Virus record (IMG/VR): IMGVR_UViG_3300036772_000211
Span: 961-64,960 of that record
Length of the DNA: 64,000 nt
Reading direction: 5' to 3' (one strand)
Origin: a virus
Taxonomy: Duplodnaviria > Caudoviricetes
Positions 9,718 to 17,740 of the stretch are shown here, in pieces; the stretch's first letter is position 1, and each line of letters begins with the position of its first letter. A model generated the notes under the pieces. It had not been told where the DNA came from. It saw only the letters and a program-made list of their open reading frames with translations, and ran no database searches. The translations under genes were made by a program, and so were the position numbers.

Positions 9718-9927
9718 ATGTTCGGTCCTATCGTCAACATCCTGAATCAGATCCTGACGTCGGCTCAGCCAATCATCGCGCCACTGATCGGCCTGGCGCT
9801 GCTGATGTACGGCGCCATCCTGGCGGCTGGCAACCACGCCAAGGCGCGCGAGGGCATCATCTGCGCCATCATCGGCGGTGCCATCATGCTCGGCTCACAG
9901 CAGATCGCTGCGGCGATCCATCCGTAG
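9718..9927 (+). CDS. VirB2/TrbC-like pilin
   Basis: GGAGG RBS; 69 aa with two hydrophobic helices separated by a charged loop (GNHAKARE), the pilin pattern. Confidence 0.75.
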   Translation: MFGPIVNILNQILTSAQPIIAPLIGLALLMYGAILAAGNHAKAREGIICAIIGGAIMLGSQQIAAAIHP

Positions 9928-9928
9928 T

Positions 9929-10519
9929 GTGCGAGACGATGAGCAGCCAGCCGTCTACATCGTTCCGACCGAACTCGGCCGCTCGGATGCATTCAACGAC
10001 CTGGCTTTCCTGGCAGTATCGTTTCTGGTCATCTGGTGGCTGTTCCAGCGTGGGCTGCCATTGTGGACAGGCGCCGTGGTGCTGCCCTTCGTGGCGATTG
10101 AGACGCTCACTTCTGAAGCTGCCGAGTCTGTCGCGTGGGTCGGCGATTTTGCGCAGGTACTGCGGATGGTCTTCGGCCACAGGCGGGCGCACGAATGGGC
10201 TTTAGCTTTCGGCCATCACGTGCAAAGCGTGACGTGGCGCCGGTGGAACCATCGTGCCAGGGCACGCTGGAGATCACTCCTACGTCGAACGCTCCGATGG
10301 GTTCGGCGGCAGAACGCGAGGACGCGGCGGATGCTTTCGCGCGCGTGCTCATGGGCCTCAGCTACCCGCTCCAGATTGTCAGCCAGGCTCGCGAGATCCA
10401 GAACCCGCCGGAGTGGCGCAAGCCACCCCGTCTCCGTCGACGCTGGCTGGCTGTCTTACGCGGCAAAGATGCGGCGGAACGGGACTGGCGACTCCGAACA
10501 CTCGAAGAGTCGCTCATAG
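9929..10519 (+). CDS. PrgI/VirB3-like membrane protein
   Basis: YIVPTEL..D followed by two TM segments; sits between pilin and VirB4 and overlaps the VirB4 start. Confidence 0.55.
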   Translation: MRDDEQPAVYIVPTELGRSDAFNDLAFLAVSFLVIWWLFQRGLPLWTGAVVLPFVAIETLTSEAAESVAWVGDFAQVLRMVFGHRRAHEWALAFGHHVQSVTWRRWNHRARARWRSLLRRTLRWVRRQNARTRRMLSRACSWASATRSRLSARLARSRTRRSGASHPVSVDAGWLSYAAKMRRNGTGDSEHSKSRS

Positions 10520-11970
10520 GAGTAGGGCTGCATGCCAGAGTGGCTGATCCAGGCGACGTCAGTGGACATGCGAGGCGTGTTCATTCTTCTTTTGCTTTCG
10601 TGGACGGTGACCCTAACCCTTATCACGGTACGCTGGTGCTCCGACGATGGCCGCGAGAAGTCTCAGTCGGATGGCTCGGCAACGCTACCGCGGGGGAACT
10701 CCCCATCGACTGGGCGATGCATGTCCGCCCAGAGGACGCGAAGGCGGTAGCGCGCTACCTGAAGCGCCAGCAGTCCTGGCAGAGCGACCAGTACAGCCTC
10801 AAGCCTGACGCGCACAACGCGCTCGGGCGCCGCGACGCCCAGGAGACACAGCGCAAGCTGATCGCGGGCACTGATCGTCCGGTGAAGGTTGCTGTCGCGT
10901 TCACGGTGGCAGCCCCGTCCGAAGCAGAGTTGAAGGTGCGGATGGAAACAGCGCGGCACCAGATCGGCCTCACGCTGGGTGACGCTCGCGCGGCACGCTG
11001 GGAGATGGCCCGTGGCTACCAGGCGACGTCACCCGAAGGGGTCTGCGACCTGCTGGGCGCGTGGCGACGGCTGGACTGCACGTCGGTAGCTTCGGCGTGG
11101 CCATTCATGCCGGCCACGGTGTGGCACGAGCACGGCGCACCGCTGGGCACCACCCACAAGGGTGCGATGGAAGTGCGGCTCGATCCATTCGATGAGTCGC
11201 TGGAGAGCTTCGGTGGTCTGATCCTGGCCAAGGTCGGCGCGGGCAAGAGCTACCTGCTCAAGCTGCTGACACTGCGGTTGCCAGATGTCGAGATGCTCAT
11301 TGTCGAACAGCGCAACCCACCTGAATACCGCGGGATGCGAGCGACGACGATCAACCTGGCCGACCACGAGTACCACGAGCGAGCCGCGAAGCTGCGCGAG
11401 TTCGTAGAGAACATCTGGGAGACAGCCAAGCGCGACCCGCGCCCGCGACTGCTGGTGCTGGACGAGTTATGGAGCTTGCTGCTGGATGGCAACATGGCGC
11501 GCCTCGTAGAAGAGATCGCGCGCATCGGCAGGCACCACTACCTGAGCATGTGGATTGCGACGCAGCAGGTACAGGAAATGCTGGGCAGCCAGGAGCGCCC
11601 GTGTCGTGAGGGCCGCGCGGTGCTCGACAATGCCGCCATCCGCATCTTCCTGAAGCAGCACGACCGCGACCTGGCGAGTATCGCCGATGCGGTTGGCCTG
11701 TCGAAGACCGCGCGGCGGTACGTTCGTTCGGCAGCCCGCGGGCAAGCGCTCCTGAGCGTGAATGACTTACTCGTCCCGGTTGACATTCAAGCAACAATGC
11801 GGGAGCATCAATTAATCTCAACCGACCCCCGTGAACGCCATGCTGCTGCTACGAATCCCCTGGCTGATCCTGAAGGTGACCTTCCTGATTCTCTGGAAGG
11901 TGCTGGTGGTCCTTGGGTTCCTCGTGGTCGCACTGGTGATCCTGTTGGACTCGGGGCGTCCGCAGGTTGA
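10195..11970 (+). CDS. virB4: Compact VirB4-family ATPase
   Basis: Walker A AKVGAGKS, Walker B LLVLDE, R.GRH..LSMWIATQ, NAAIRIFLKQ and RGQAL motifs. Start is uncertain (10135 or 10195). Confidence 0.8.
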   Translation: MGFSFRPSRAKRDVAPVEPSCQGTLEITPTSNAPMGSAAEREDAADAFARVLMGLSYPLQIVSQAREIQNPPEWRKPPRLRRRWLAVLRGKDAAERDWRLRTLEESLIGVGLHARVADPGDVSGHARRVHSSFAFVDGDPNPYHGTLVLRRWPREVSVGWLGNATAGELPIDWAMHVRPEDAKAVARYLKRQQSWQSDQYSLKPDAHNALGRRDAQETQRKLIAGTDRPVKVAVAFTVAAPSEAELKVRMETARHQIGLTLGDARAARWEMARGYQATSPEGVCDLLGAWRRLDCTSVASAWPFMPATVWHEHGAPLGTTHKGAMEVRLDPFDESLESFGGLILAKVGAGKSYLLKLLTLRLPDVEMLIVEQRNPPEYRGMRATTINLADHEYHERAAKLREFVENIWETAKRDPRPRLLVLDELWSLLLDGNMARLVEEIARIGRHHYLSMWIATQQVQEMLGSQERPCREGRAVLDNAAIRIFLKQHDRDLASIADAVGLSKTARRYVRSAARGQALLSVNDLLVPVDIQATMREHQLISTDPRERHAAATNPLADPEGDLPDSLEGAGGPWVPRGRTGDPVGLGASAG

Positions 11971-11980
11971 CCTACGTTGA
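11840..11980 (+). CDS. Hidden 46-aa hydrophobic membrane peptide overlapping the VirB4 3' end
   Basis: Manual translation MLLLRIPWLILKVTFLILWKVLVVLGFLVVALVILLDSGRPQVDLR; too short for the ORF track. Confidence 0.5.
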   Translation: MLLLRIPWLILKVTFLILWKVLVVLGFLVVALVILLDSGRPQVDLR

Positions 11981-13664
11981 GCCGACACGCGCTCTGCTAG
12001 CTGGCGCGTGGGCTGAGCCTGCGACTCGACTCCCACTGGTTCTCCTGGCCATAGGAGTCTTCTTGTTGCTCTTCTGGCGACCTGGCCAGCAAGGCGCCCA
12101 GCAGCGCTCGAAGCTGCAGACAGAAGAGCGAGACGTCAGGCGTCCGACGAACACCGTGTGGTGGAAGCGCTGGTGGTGGAAGCTGCGCCCGCCTGTGGAC
12201 ACGATGGCTGTCGACGGTCTGGTGATCGAGCGCACCGGGCGCCGCTCGCACTGCCTGTGGCTGGGACCGACCGGCGCAGGCAAGAGCCAGAGCGTAGCCA
12301 CGGTACGGGTGAATCACCAGCGGCCCATGCTCATCGTCACGCCAGACCTGAGCGACCCCTTCATTCCGCTCGCGGACTTCCACTGGACAGCTGGCGGCAA
12401 GCGATCGGTGGACTTCCTGATCGGCACGCCCGAGCAGGTAGCCGAGCGGCTGACTGAGGTCTTCCGCAGCGGTGGCAATGGCGTGTGGAAGATGACCGCC
12501 AGGCGCGCGGTCACGGCCATCATCTACGTGCTCGATTCGATGCGCGAGCCGCGGACGCTGCAGGCGATCGGCGAGATGCTGGCCGACGAGGTGAAGGATG
12601 ACCGCGAGCTACGCACGGCGTGTGCTGGCTGGGTGGAGCGGTTCCTGTCGACGGCGCAGCAGTTCGGGGAGAGCATCGGCGCCGGTGGCGTGGACGTCGC
12701 CGAGCTTCTGCTGCAAGGCAAGACGGTGCTGCTGGACAACGATGCCTTCGCTCACCCCGGCCTGGTGGGCGACGTGGTCGCGTTCGGGCTGGCTGAGGCC
12801 AAGCGCTGTGCTGACCGCGTGCCTGGCGGCTTCCGCCTGATTTTCGAGGAGGCTGGCCAGCTTGGCGATCGCATCGACCTGGCCGATCCCTTCTTCCGCG
12901 CGGGTCGACGGCGGCGCATCGCTGTAGATGCCCTCACACAGGCAGAAAGCGACCTCAATGACGCGATTAGCCAGAATGCGGCCACAAGGGTGTATTTCAG
13001 CCAGGAGCTTCAGAACCTCCAGAAAGCGGCCGCAAATCGCCTGTCTATGGACTGGCACGATCTGGACCCCGCGGTGATGCAGGACTTCACAGCGTGGATC
13101 ACCAGTGGCAAGATCCGCCGCCTTGTTCACTTCCCGAAGCCCAGGAATGCACGTCCACCTGTGACGGTGGGCATCTCCTACGAAGCTACGGATGGACGTT
13201 CACAGGTGGACGTGCGTCTGGTGGTGACCGAACAGAAGCGCTGGAAGGGCACAGGCGAAGCGGTTGACGTCGAATGGAACGGACCAAGAATGCTGCCGCC
13301 TCCGCAGGTACGGTTTCAGAAGCTCGTGGACGGGGCCTATCGGGATGGGGCGTGCTTACGGTGGAAGGCTCATCTGCGGCATGACAAGGATGGCTATGGC
13401 GAGGTGTGGATCGACGGGGAAGGTCGGTACATGAAGGTGCATCGTCTGGCCTACGAGCTTGCGTATGGAGCGATCCCGCGGAACCCTGACGGAACGACCA
13501 TGACGGTTGACCATCTGAGCGGGGTGTGCCAGCACAAGGATTGCTTCGAGCTAACGCACCTCGAACTGGTGACACGTGCAAAGAACAGCAGTAGACGGCA
13601 GGCCGCTGCGAAGGCTCGGCCGAAGGCTGGGGGGTCTGGGGGGAGACACGCCGGGATTGGCTGA
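11967..13664 (+). CDS. virD4: VirD4/TrwB-like coupling ATPase fused to a C-terminal HNH endonuclease
   Basis: N-terminal TM, Walker A GPTGAGKS, Walker B LIFEEAG, AGRRR..ALTQ. C-terminal GYG..HRLAY..G.IP..DH..C..C..HLELVT..N. Confidence 0.75.
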   Translation: MTYVEPTRALLAGAWAEPATRLPLVLLAIGVFLLLFWRPGQQGAQQRSKLQTEERDVRRPTNTVWWKRWWWKLRPPVDTMAVDGLVIERTGRRSHCLWLGPTGAGKSQSVATVRVNHQRPMLIVTPDLSDPFIPLADFHWTAGGKRSVDFLIGTPEQVAERLTEVFRSGGNGVWKMTARRAVTAIIYVLDSMREPRTLQAIGEMLADEVKDDRELRTACAGWVERFLSTAQQFGESIGAGGVDVAELLLQGKTVLLDNDAFAHPGLVGDVVAFGLAEAKRCADRVPGGFRLIFEEAGQLGDRIDLADPFFRAGRRRRIAVDALTQAESDLNDAISQNAATRVYFSQELQNLQKAAANRLSMDWHDLDPAVMQDFTAWITSGKIRRLVHFPKPRNARPPVTVGISYEATDGRSQVDVRLVVTEQKRWKGTGEAVDVEWNGPRMLPPPQVRFQKLVDGAYRDGACLRWKAHLRHDKDGYGEVWIDGEGRYMKVHRLAYELAYGAIPRNPDGTTMTVDHLSGVCQHKDCFELTHLELVTRAKNSSRRQAAAKARPKAGGSGGRHAGIG

Positions 13665-13680
13665 GGCCAGCCGCCGCGGG

Positions 13681-16600
13681 CTAGTTGTCGTACGCCTCGG
13701 CCCAGTCGTAGTCGACGGTGCAGGTTCCTGCGCCAGGCTGGCTGGGGTTCATGGCCGGTCCCAGCCGACCGCCTGTCACTTGCCAGGGAGTGCCGGTGGT
13801 GGTGTCGTTCAGGGTGGTATCGAGCACGCCGGCGACGTAGACGCGGTAAACGCTCTTCGCGCCGGAATTGTCCTGCAGCAAGTCGATCTGATACCACGTG
13901 CCGACCGCGAAGCTCTGGAAGGTGAGTGACGCCTGCAGGAACGTGCCGTCTGCGGCAGACACGCCGATCGTCCAGGCGCCGTTGAAGTCGTAGATCTCAG
14001 TACCGTGGCCGCTACCGTCGACCAGCTGGATGATCTGACAGGCACCGCCGGTGACGTTCCACGCCGACAGGCGGAACACCGTTGAGAACCTGAAGATCTT
14101 ACTGATGGGTGCCAGACCCGGGGTGTCGATTGCGGCTTGCGCCCCGCCCAGCGGCGGCACAGACATCTCCGCATAGACGTTGTCTGCGCTGGGGGTGGTG
14201 CCGGTCAGGATCGTTTGCGTGCTGCCGGTGTCGATCGTGAAATGGTTGCCCCACAAGGGGAACGTGACAGCCTCGCCAGCGAAGCCGTCTCCGAACATCG
14301 GGTGAGCGACGGTGATGACGAGTGTGGTGCTCACCCCCTGGAGCTTCGCGGTGATGGTCGCAGCACCGATCGCCAGACAGCTGTAGTTGCCAAGCTGGTC
14401 GACGGTGACCTTGGTTGCATCCGAGGTCGACCAGACCGCGTAGGCATTCAGCCCGAGACGGATGGTGTCGTCGGAGAACAGACCCTGGATCTGCAGCTGT
14501 CCCGTTTTGCCGGGGTACGGCCAGGAAACCGGAGCGATGGTCATGGACACCACCTCGCCAACCAGATCCTGTGGCACGAACTTGCTCATGTCCGTCGGCA
14601 ACACGCCTGCCGCAGCTGCCGTGTGGCAGATGTACTGCTTCCCGAAGAAGTCCACCGAATCGCCAGGCGCGTACGTGTTCGTCAGACTGTAGACACCTCG
14701 CCAGTTGACGGTGTACGGGCCGGGGCTGATGCCGCCGAGGGTGGTGGCGTTTGGGTTGAAGGCGACGATCTGTTCCTTCAGTGCCGTTGGATCGCCGCCG
14801 GTCGCGGTCACGTTGATGGCCAGATCGCCGAGCGTGTTGGTGTCGACCGCGGTGGCGTGGAAGATGTACCAGCCGCCGCCGACCTCGCTGACGGTGCCCG
14901 CGGGCGCGGCGAAGCTGCCGCCGGCCTTGCTGATCTGCAGGGTAGGGCTGGCACCCGTCAGCGCACTGATGTGGTCGCTCGAAGACACCATCGCGAACTC
15001 AATGCTGGCGGCGACGGATTGCTGCCACTGTCCCATAAGCTGGATTGCCTTTCGTGGTCGAACAGCGCTGCCGGTGACGGACAGTGTGGCGCTTGCCTTG
15101 CCCTGGCCTGTAGCGTTGCCCGAGAGGGCTGGATTGACCACGCCGCCCGTAGCCTGGAGGTTGAAGCTGAGCCGCTCGTTGTAGGTGGTGACGTTGATGA
15201 ACTGGATCTGGGTGTAGTTCGCAGGCGGGTTGGCCTGCATGTCGATGGGCTTGATGCCACGCAGCGGCGCGAGGTGGCTGGTGACGTAAGCGTTCTGGTC
15301 ACTGACGCCAGCTGACACCTCGGCGATCTGCGTCGTCTGGCCTGAGTTATCGACTTGCTGGCGCGGGTTGAGGATGGCGTACTGGGTGGCGCCGCCGATG
15401 ACGTAGGGCGGGTTCGGACCCGGGAACGCCTGGCTACCGAAGCTCGCGCCCAGGAGCAGCTGGTTATTGCCCACCTTGATGCTCACGTTCGGGCACGACT
15501 CGCCGAGCCAGTAGTTCGAGATCGTTGACGGGCCACTGAAGCTGGAGAAGTCGACGTTCACGGCGCCGCCGACGATGCGTCCACCGTCCAGGCTGAATGT
15601 GCCATTGCCACCCCCGGCGATCAGGTTGCTGGTGCGACTGCTGTTCTCGGCGTAGATGTTGGCGCAGGCGATCGTGCCGCCCGAGTAGCAGCGGTAGAAC
15701 GGGCCGTTGCCATTGCCCGTGGTGCCGAAGATCACGTGGACCGTGGACCCGTTTTCGCTGCTGATGCCGTACACGCCGGTGGTGCCGGGCCAGCCGTCCT
15801 GCTCATTGAGTGAGACGCTCGAATTGATGACGTCGACCCTGATCCCGCCCAGGTTGTTGGCCAGGATGCCGCCGACCTGGGCTGCCTGCGAGTTGGCGAA
15901 GCCGTCGATGTGGATGACGCCCCCGCCGCCGTTCGGTCCGCTGGTGCCGAAGCAGTCGGCGATGCTGGCGCCCTGGACCTGCATGTTGCGGAAGATCACC
16001 TGTGACGGCAGGTTCAGCATGAACACCGGCCCCGTGCCGCTGCCGCTCCAGACCAGATTCGTCGCGTACTGTGAGTCGCCCTCGAAGAAGAGCGGGAAGT
16101 TCGCGGGAACCTGAATGGTCTGACTGACACCGATCTGGCCGGCGCCGATGTGGATGACGTCGAATGGTTGGGCGCTGTTGATTGCTGACTGGATCGAGCC
16201 GCCACTGGACTGGTTATCCCAGATGGTGCGTGTGACGACCGGCGGCTCAGCTGGGCGCGCGGGGAAGCCTGGATCGCTCCAGGCGATGCTGAAGGTGTCA
16301 CTGATGGAGTGCGTCCGGGTGAAGGCGCTCGCGAAGTAAGGCGAACCGTCGGCGTACGTGTTGTTGATACCAACCTGCTCGCCGCTGGAGTTATCTCCGC
16401 TGTACGGGCACTCGGCGATAATTGCCACGGCGCCGCCCGTGCCATGTGCGCCGACAAGGTTATCGACCATGATGATCGGACCGGCGTTGCTGAGTTGGAT
16501 GATCTCCGCGGCTTTGCCGCCGATGTTGCAGCCCTGGACGGTGAAGCTGGCGATGAAGTTACCGATCGCCTGCGCCTCGACGTGACGCCAGGCGCCCGGC

Positions 16601-17487
16601 GCACTGTAATTCCAGCGGCTGGACATGTTGGCGCCCAGGTTGCCGAAGAAGATGTCGTGCTCGCTGCATTGGAACGCCGAGCGGGCCACGACGAAGTCGC
16701 CCGAGAAGCCGGCCTGGTAGGTGGTGTTGCAGACGCCGTGATTGGGGCCGATGAACTGGCAGTCCCAGATCCAGTTATCCAGACTGTTGAAGTTGTAGGT
16801 CATGATGCCGACCACGTCGGGGTTGGTGTTCCCCGTGATCGGGTTCTTGCTGCCGTAGGGGTTCTGCGCGTAGTTGAAATAGCAGCGCATGATCGACGTC
16901 TCGGACGCGCCGAAGCCGTAGACGCCGAGCATCAGGCCCGCGGTTTCGGACTGGGGACCGCTCTGATTAGAGACGCCGAGCAGGTTGACGAAGCCGAGAT
17001 CTTCGTAGCGGTTGCCGGTCGGAAAGTACTGATTGTCAGGTGTCGGCGCGCCGTCGATCGAGTGGTACGCATCCATGACCCCAACGTTGGCGATGCCGGC
17101 GCCGTCGAAGGTCAGCCGCGCCAGCCGCAACTGGGTGACCCCATTGTGGACGAGCATGATCGCGTCATTGGTCGCGCCGCTACTGTTGGGCGGCGGGCCA
17201 ACCCACTGGATGACCGTGTCGTCTCTGGAGTGGCCGACGATCATCGGGCCGATCAGCCCTTGCCCCACGGGTCGATACGCCGCGTCACCATAGCCGGTGC
17301 CCATACCCAGCGTGGCGTTCTGGTAGTAGCGGCCCGGGTTCACGTAGTACGCGCTGGGGAAGCCGGGTCGGGAGATGTTGGAGCACATCGCCTGCAGCGC
17401 CGCGGTGTCGGTCGCGCCGCTGGTGTCACCGCTGGGGCGGACCTGGCCCCAGCTGGGAAACAGGTGCCCGTGGAACTCTTCCAGCAT
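13681..17487 (-). CDS. 1268-aa multidomain beta-helix (pectate-lyase-like) / Ig-like / lectin-like protein; tailspike or depolymerase-like
   Basis: ATDTAALQA..PGRY and IQSAINSA beta-helix caps; Big_2-like WSTSDATKVTVDQLG..GAATITA; LamG-like C-terminus. Confidence 0.7.
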   Translation of the reverse strand: MLEEFHGHLFPSWGQVRPSGDTSGATDTAALQAMCSNISRPGFPSAYYVNPGRYYQNATLGMGTGYGDAAYRPVGQGLIGPMIVGHSRDDTVIQWVGPPPNSSGATNDAIMLVHNGVTQLRLARLTFDGAGIANVGVMDAYHSIDGAPTPDNQYFPTGNRYEDLGFVNLLGVSNQSGPQSETAGLMLGVYGFGASETSIMRCYFNYAQNPYGSKNPITGNTNPDVVGIMTYNFNSLDNWIWDCQFIGPNHGVCNTTYQAGFSGDFVVARSAFQCSEHDIFFGNLGANMSSRWNYSAPGAWRHVEAQAIGNFIASFTVQGCNIGGKAAEIIQLSNAGPIIMVDNLVGAHGTGGAVAIIAECPYSGDNSSGEQVGINNTYADGSPYFASAFTRTHSISDTFSIAWSDPGFPARPAEPPVVTRTIWDNQSSGGSIQSAINSAQPFDVIHIGAGQIGVSQTIQVPANFPLFFEGDSQYATNLVWSGSGTGPVFMLNLPSQVIFRNMQVQGASIADCFGTSGPNGGGGVIHIDGFANSQAAQVGGILANNLGGIRVDVINSSVSLNEQDGWPGTTGVYGISSENGSTVHVIFGTTGNGNGPFYRCYSGGTIACANIYAENSSRTSNLIAGGGNGTFSLDGGRIVGGAVNVDFSSFSGPSTISNYWLGESCPNVSIKVGNNQLLLGASFGSQAFPGPNPPYVIGGATQYAILNPRQQVDNSGQTTQIAEVSAGVSDQNAYVTSHLAPLRGIKPIDMQANPPANYTQIQFINVTTYNERLSFNLQATGGVVNPALSGNATGQGKASATLSVTGSAVRPRKAIQLMGQWQQSVAASIEFAMVSSSDHISALTGASPTLQISKAGGSFAAPAGTVSEVGGGWYIFHATAVDTNTLGDLAINVTATGGDPTALKEQIVAFNPNATTLGGISPGPYTVNWRGVYSLTNTYAPGDSVDFFGKQYICHTAAAAGVLPTDMSKFVPQDLVGEVVSMTIAPVSWPYPGKTGQLQIQGLFSDDTIRLGLNAYAVWSTSDATKVTVDQLGNYSCLAIGAATITAKLQGVSTTLVITVAHPMFGDGFAGEAVTFPLWGNHFTIDTGSTQTILTGTTPSADNVYAEMSVPPLGGAQAAIDTPGLAPISKIFRFSTVFRLSAWNVTGGACQIIQLVDGSGHGTEIYDFNGAWTIGVSAADGTFLQASLTFQSFAVGTWYQIDLLQDNSGAKSVYRVYVAGVLDTTLNDTTTGTPWQVTGGRLGPAMNPSQPGAGTCTVDYDWAEAYDN

Positions 17488-17516
17488 GCCTGACTGCTAT
17501 TGTCAGGCATGCTGGA
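17480..17516. repeat. Perfect 15-bp inverted repeat covering the start codon of the 1268-aa gene
   Basis: TCCAGCATGCCTGAC-tgctatt-GTCAGGCATGCTGGA. Confidence 0.9.
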
Positions 17517-17551
17517 CTGAGAGGGCTACCCCGAGCTAATTCGCCTTATCG

Positions 17552-17722
17552 TTACCAAACTGCGGTGTGGGCCGCGTACGCATGATTCACTTCGCGCTCG
17601 TATTCGCCCTGCGCGTAGTGCTGCTGGCAGTAATCCTCGTCTAGCAGGCGGCGTTCGCATCGCTTTCCGTCCTGCCTGATTCCGTGGCACTGCTCAGTCT
17701 CGTCGTGTTGATCGTTTGGCAT
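17552..17722 (-). CDS. 56-aa Cys/His zinc-binding protein
   Basis: Manual translation MPNDQHDETEQCHGIRQDGKRCERRLLDEDYCQQH..; C-x-G..G-x-RC..C-x-x-H pattern. Confidence 0.55.
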   Translation of the reverse strand: MPNDQHDETEQCHGIRQDGKRCERRLLDEDYCQQHYAQGEYEREVNHAYAAHTAVW

Positions 17723-17740
17723 ATCTAACTCGCTCTATCT

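Noticed and set aside
17582-17644. 20-aa hydrophobic plus-strand ORF (MIHFALVFALRVVLLAVILV) resembling a type I toxin
   Set aside because: It has no RBS and is the antisense shadow of a more plausible Cys/His gene at 17552-17722 (-).
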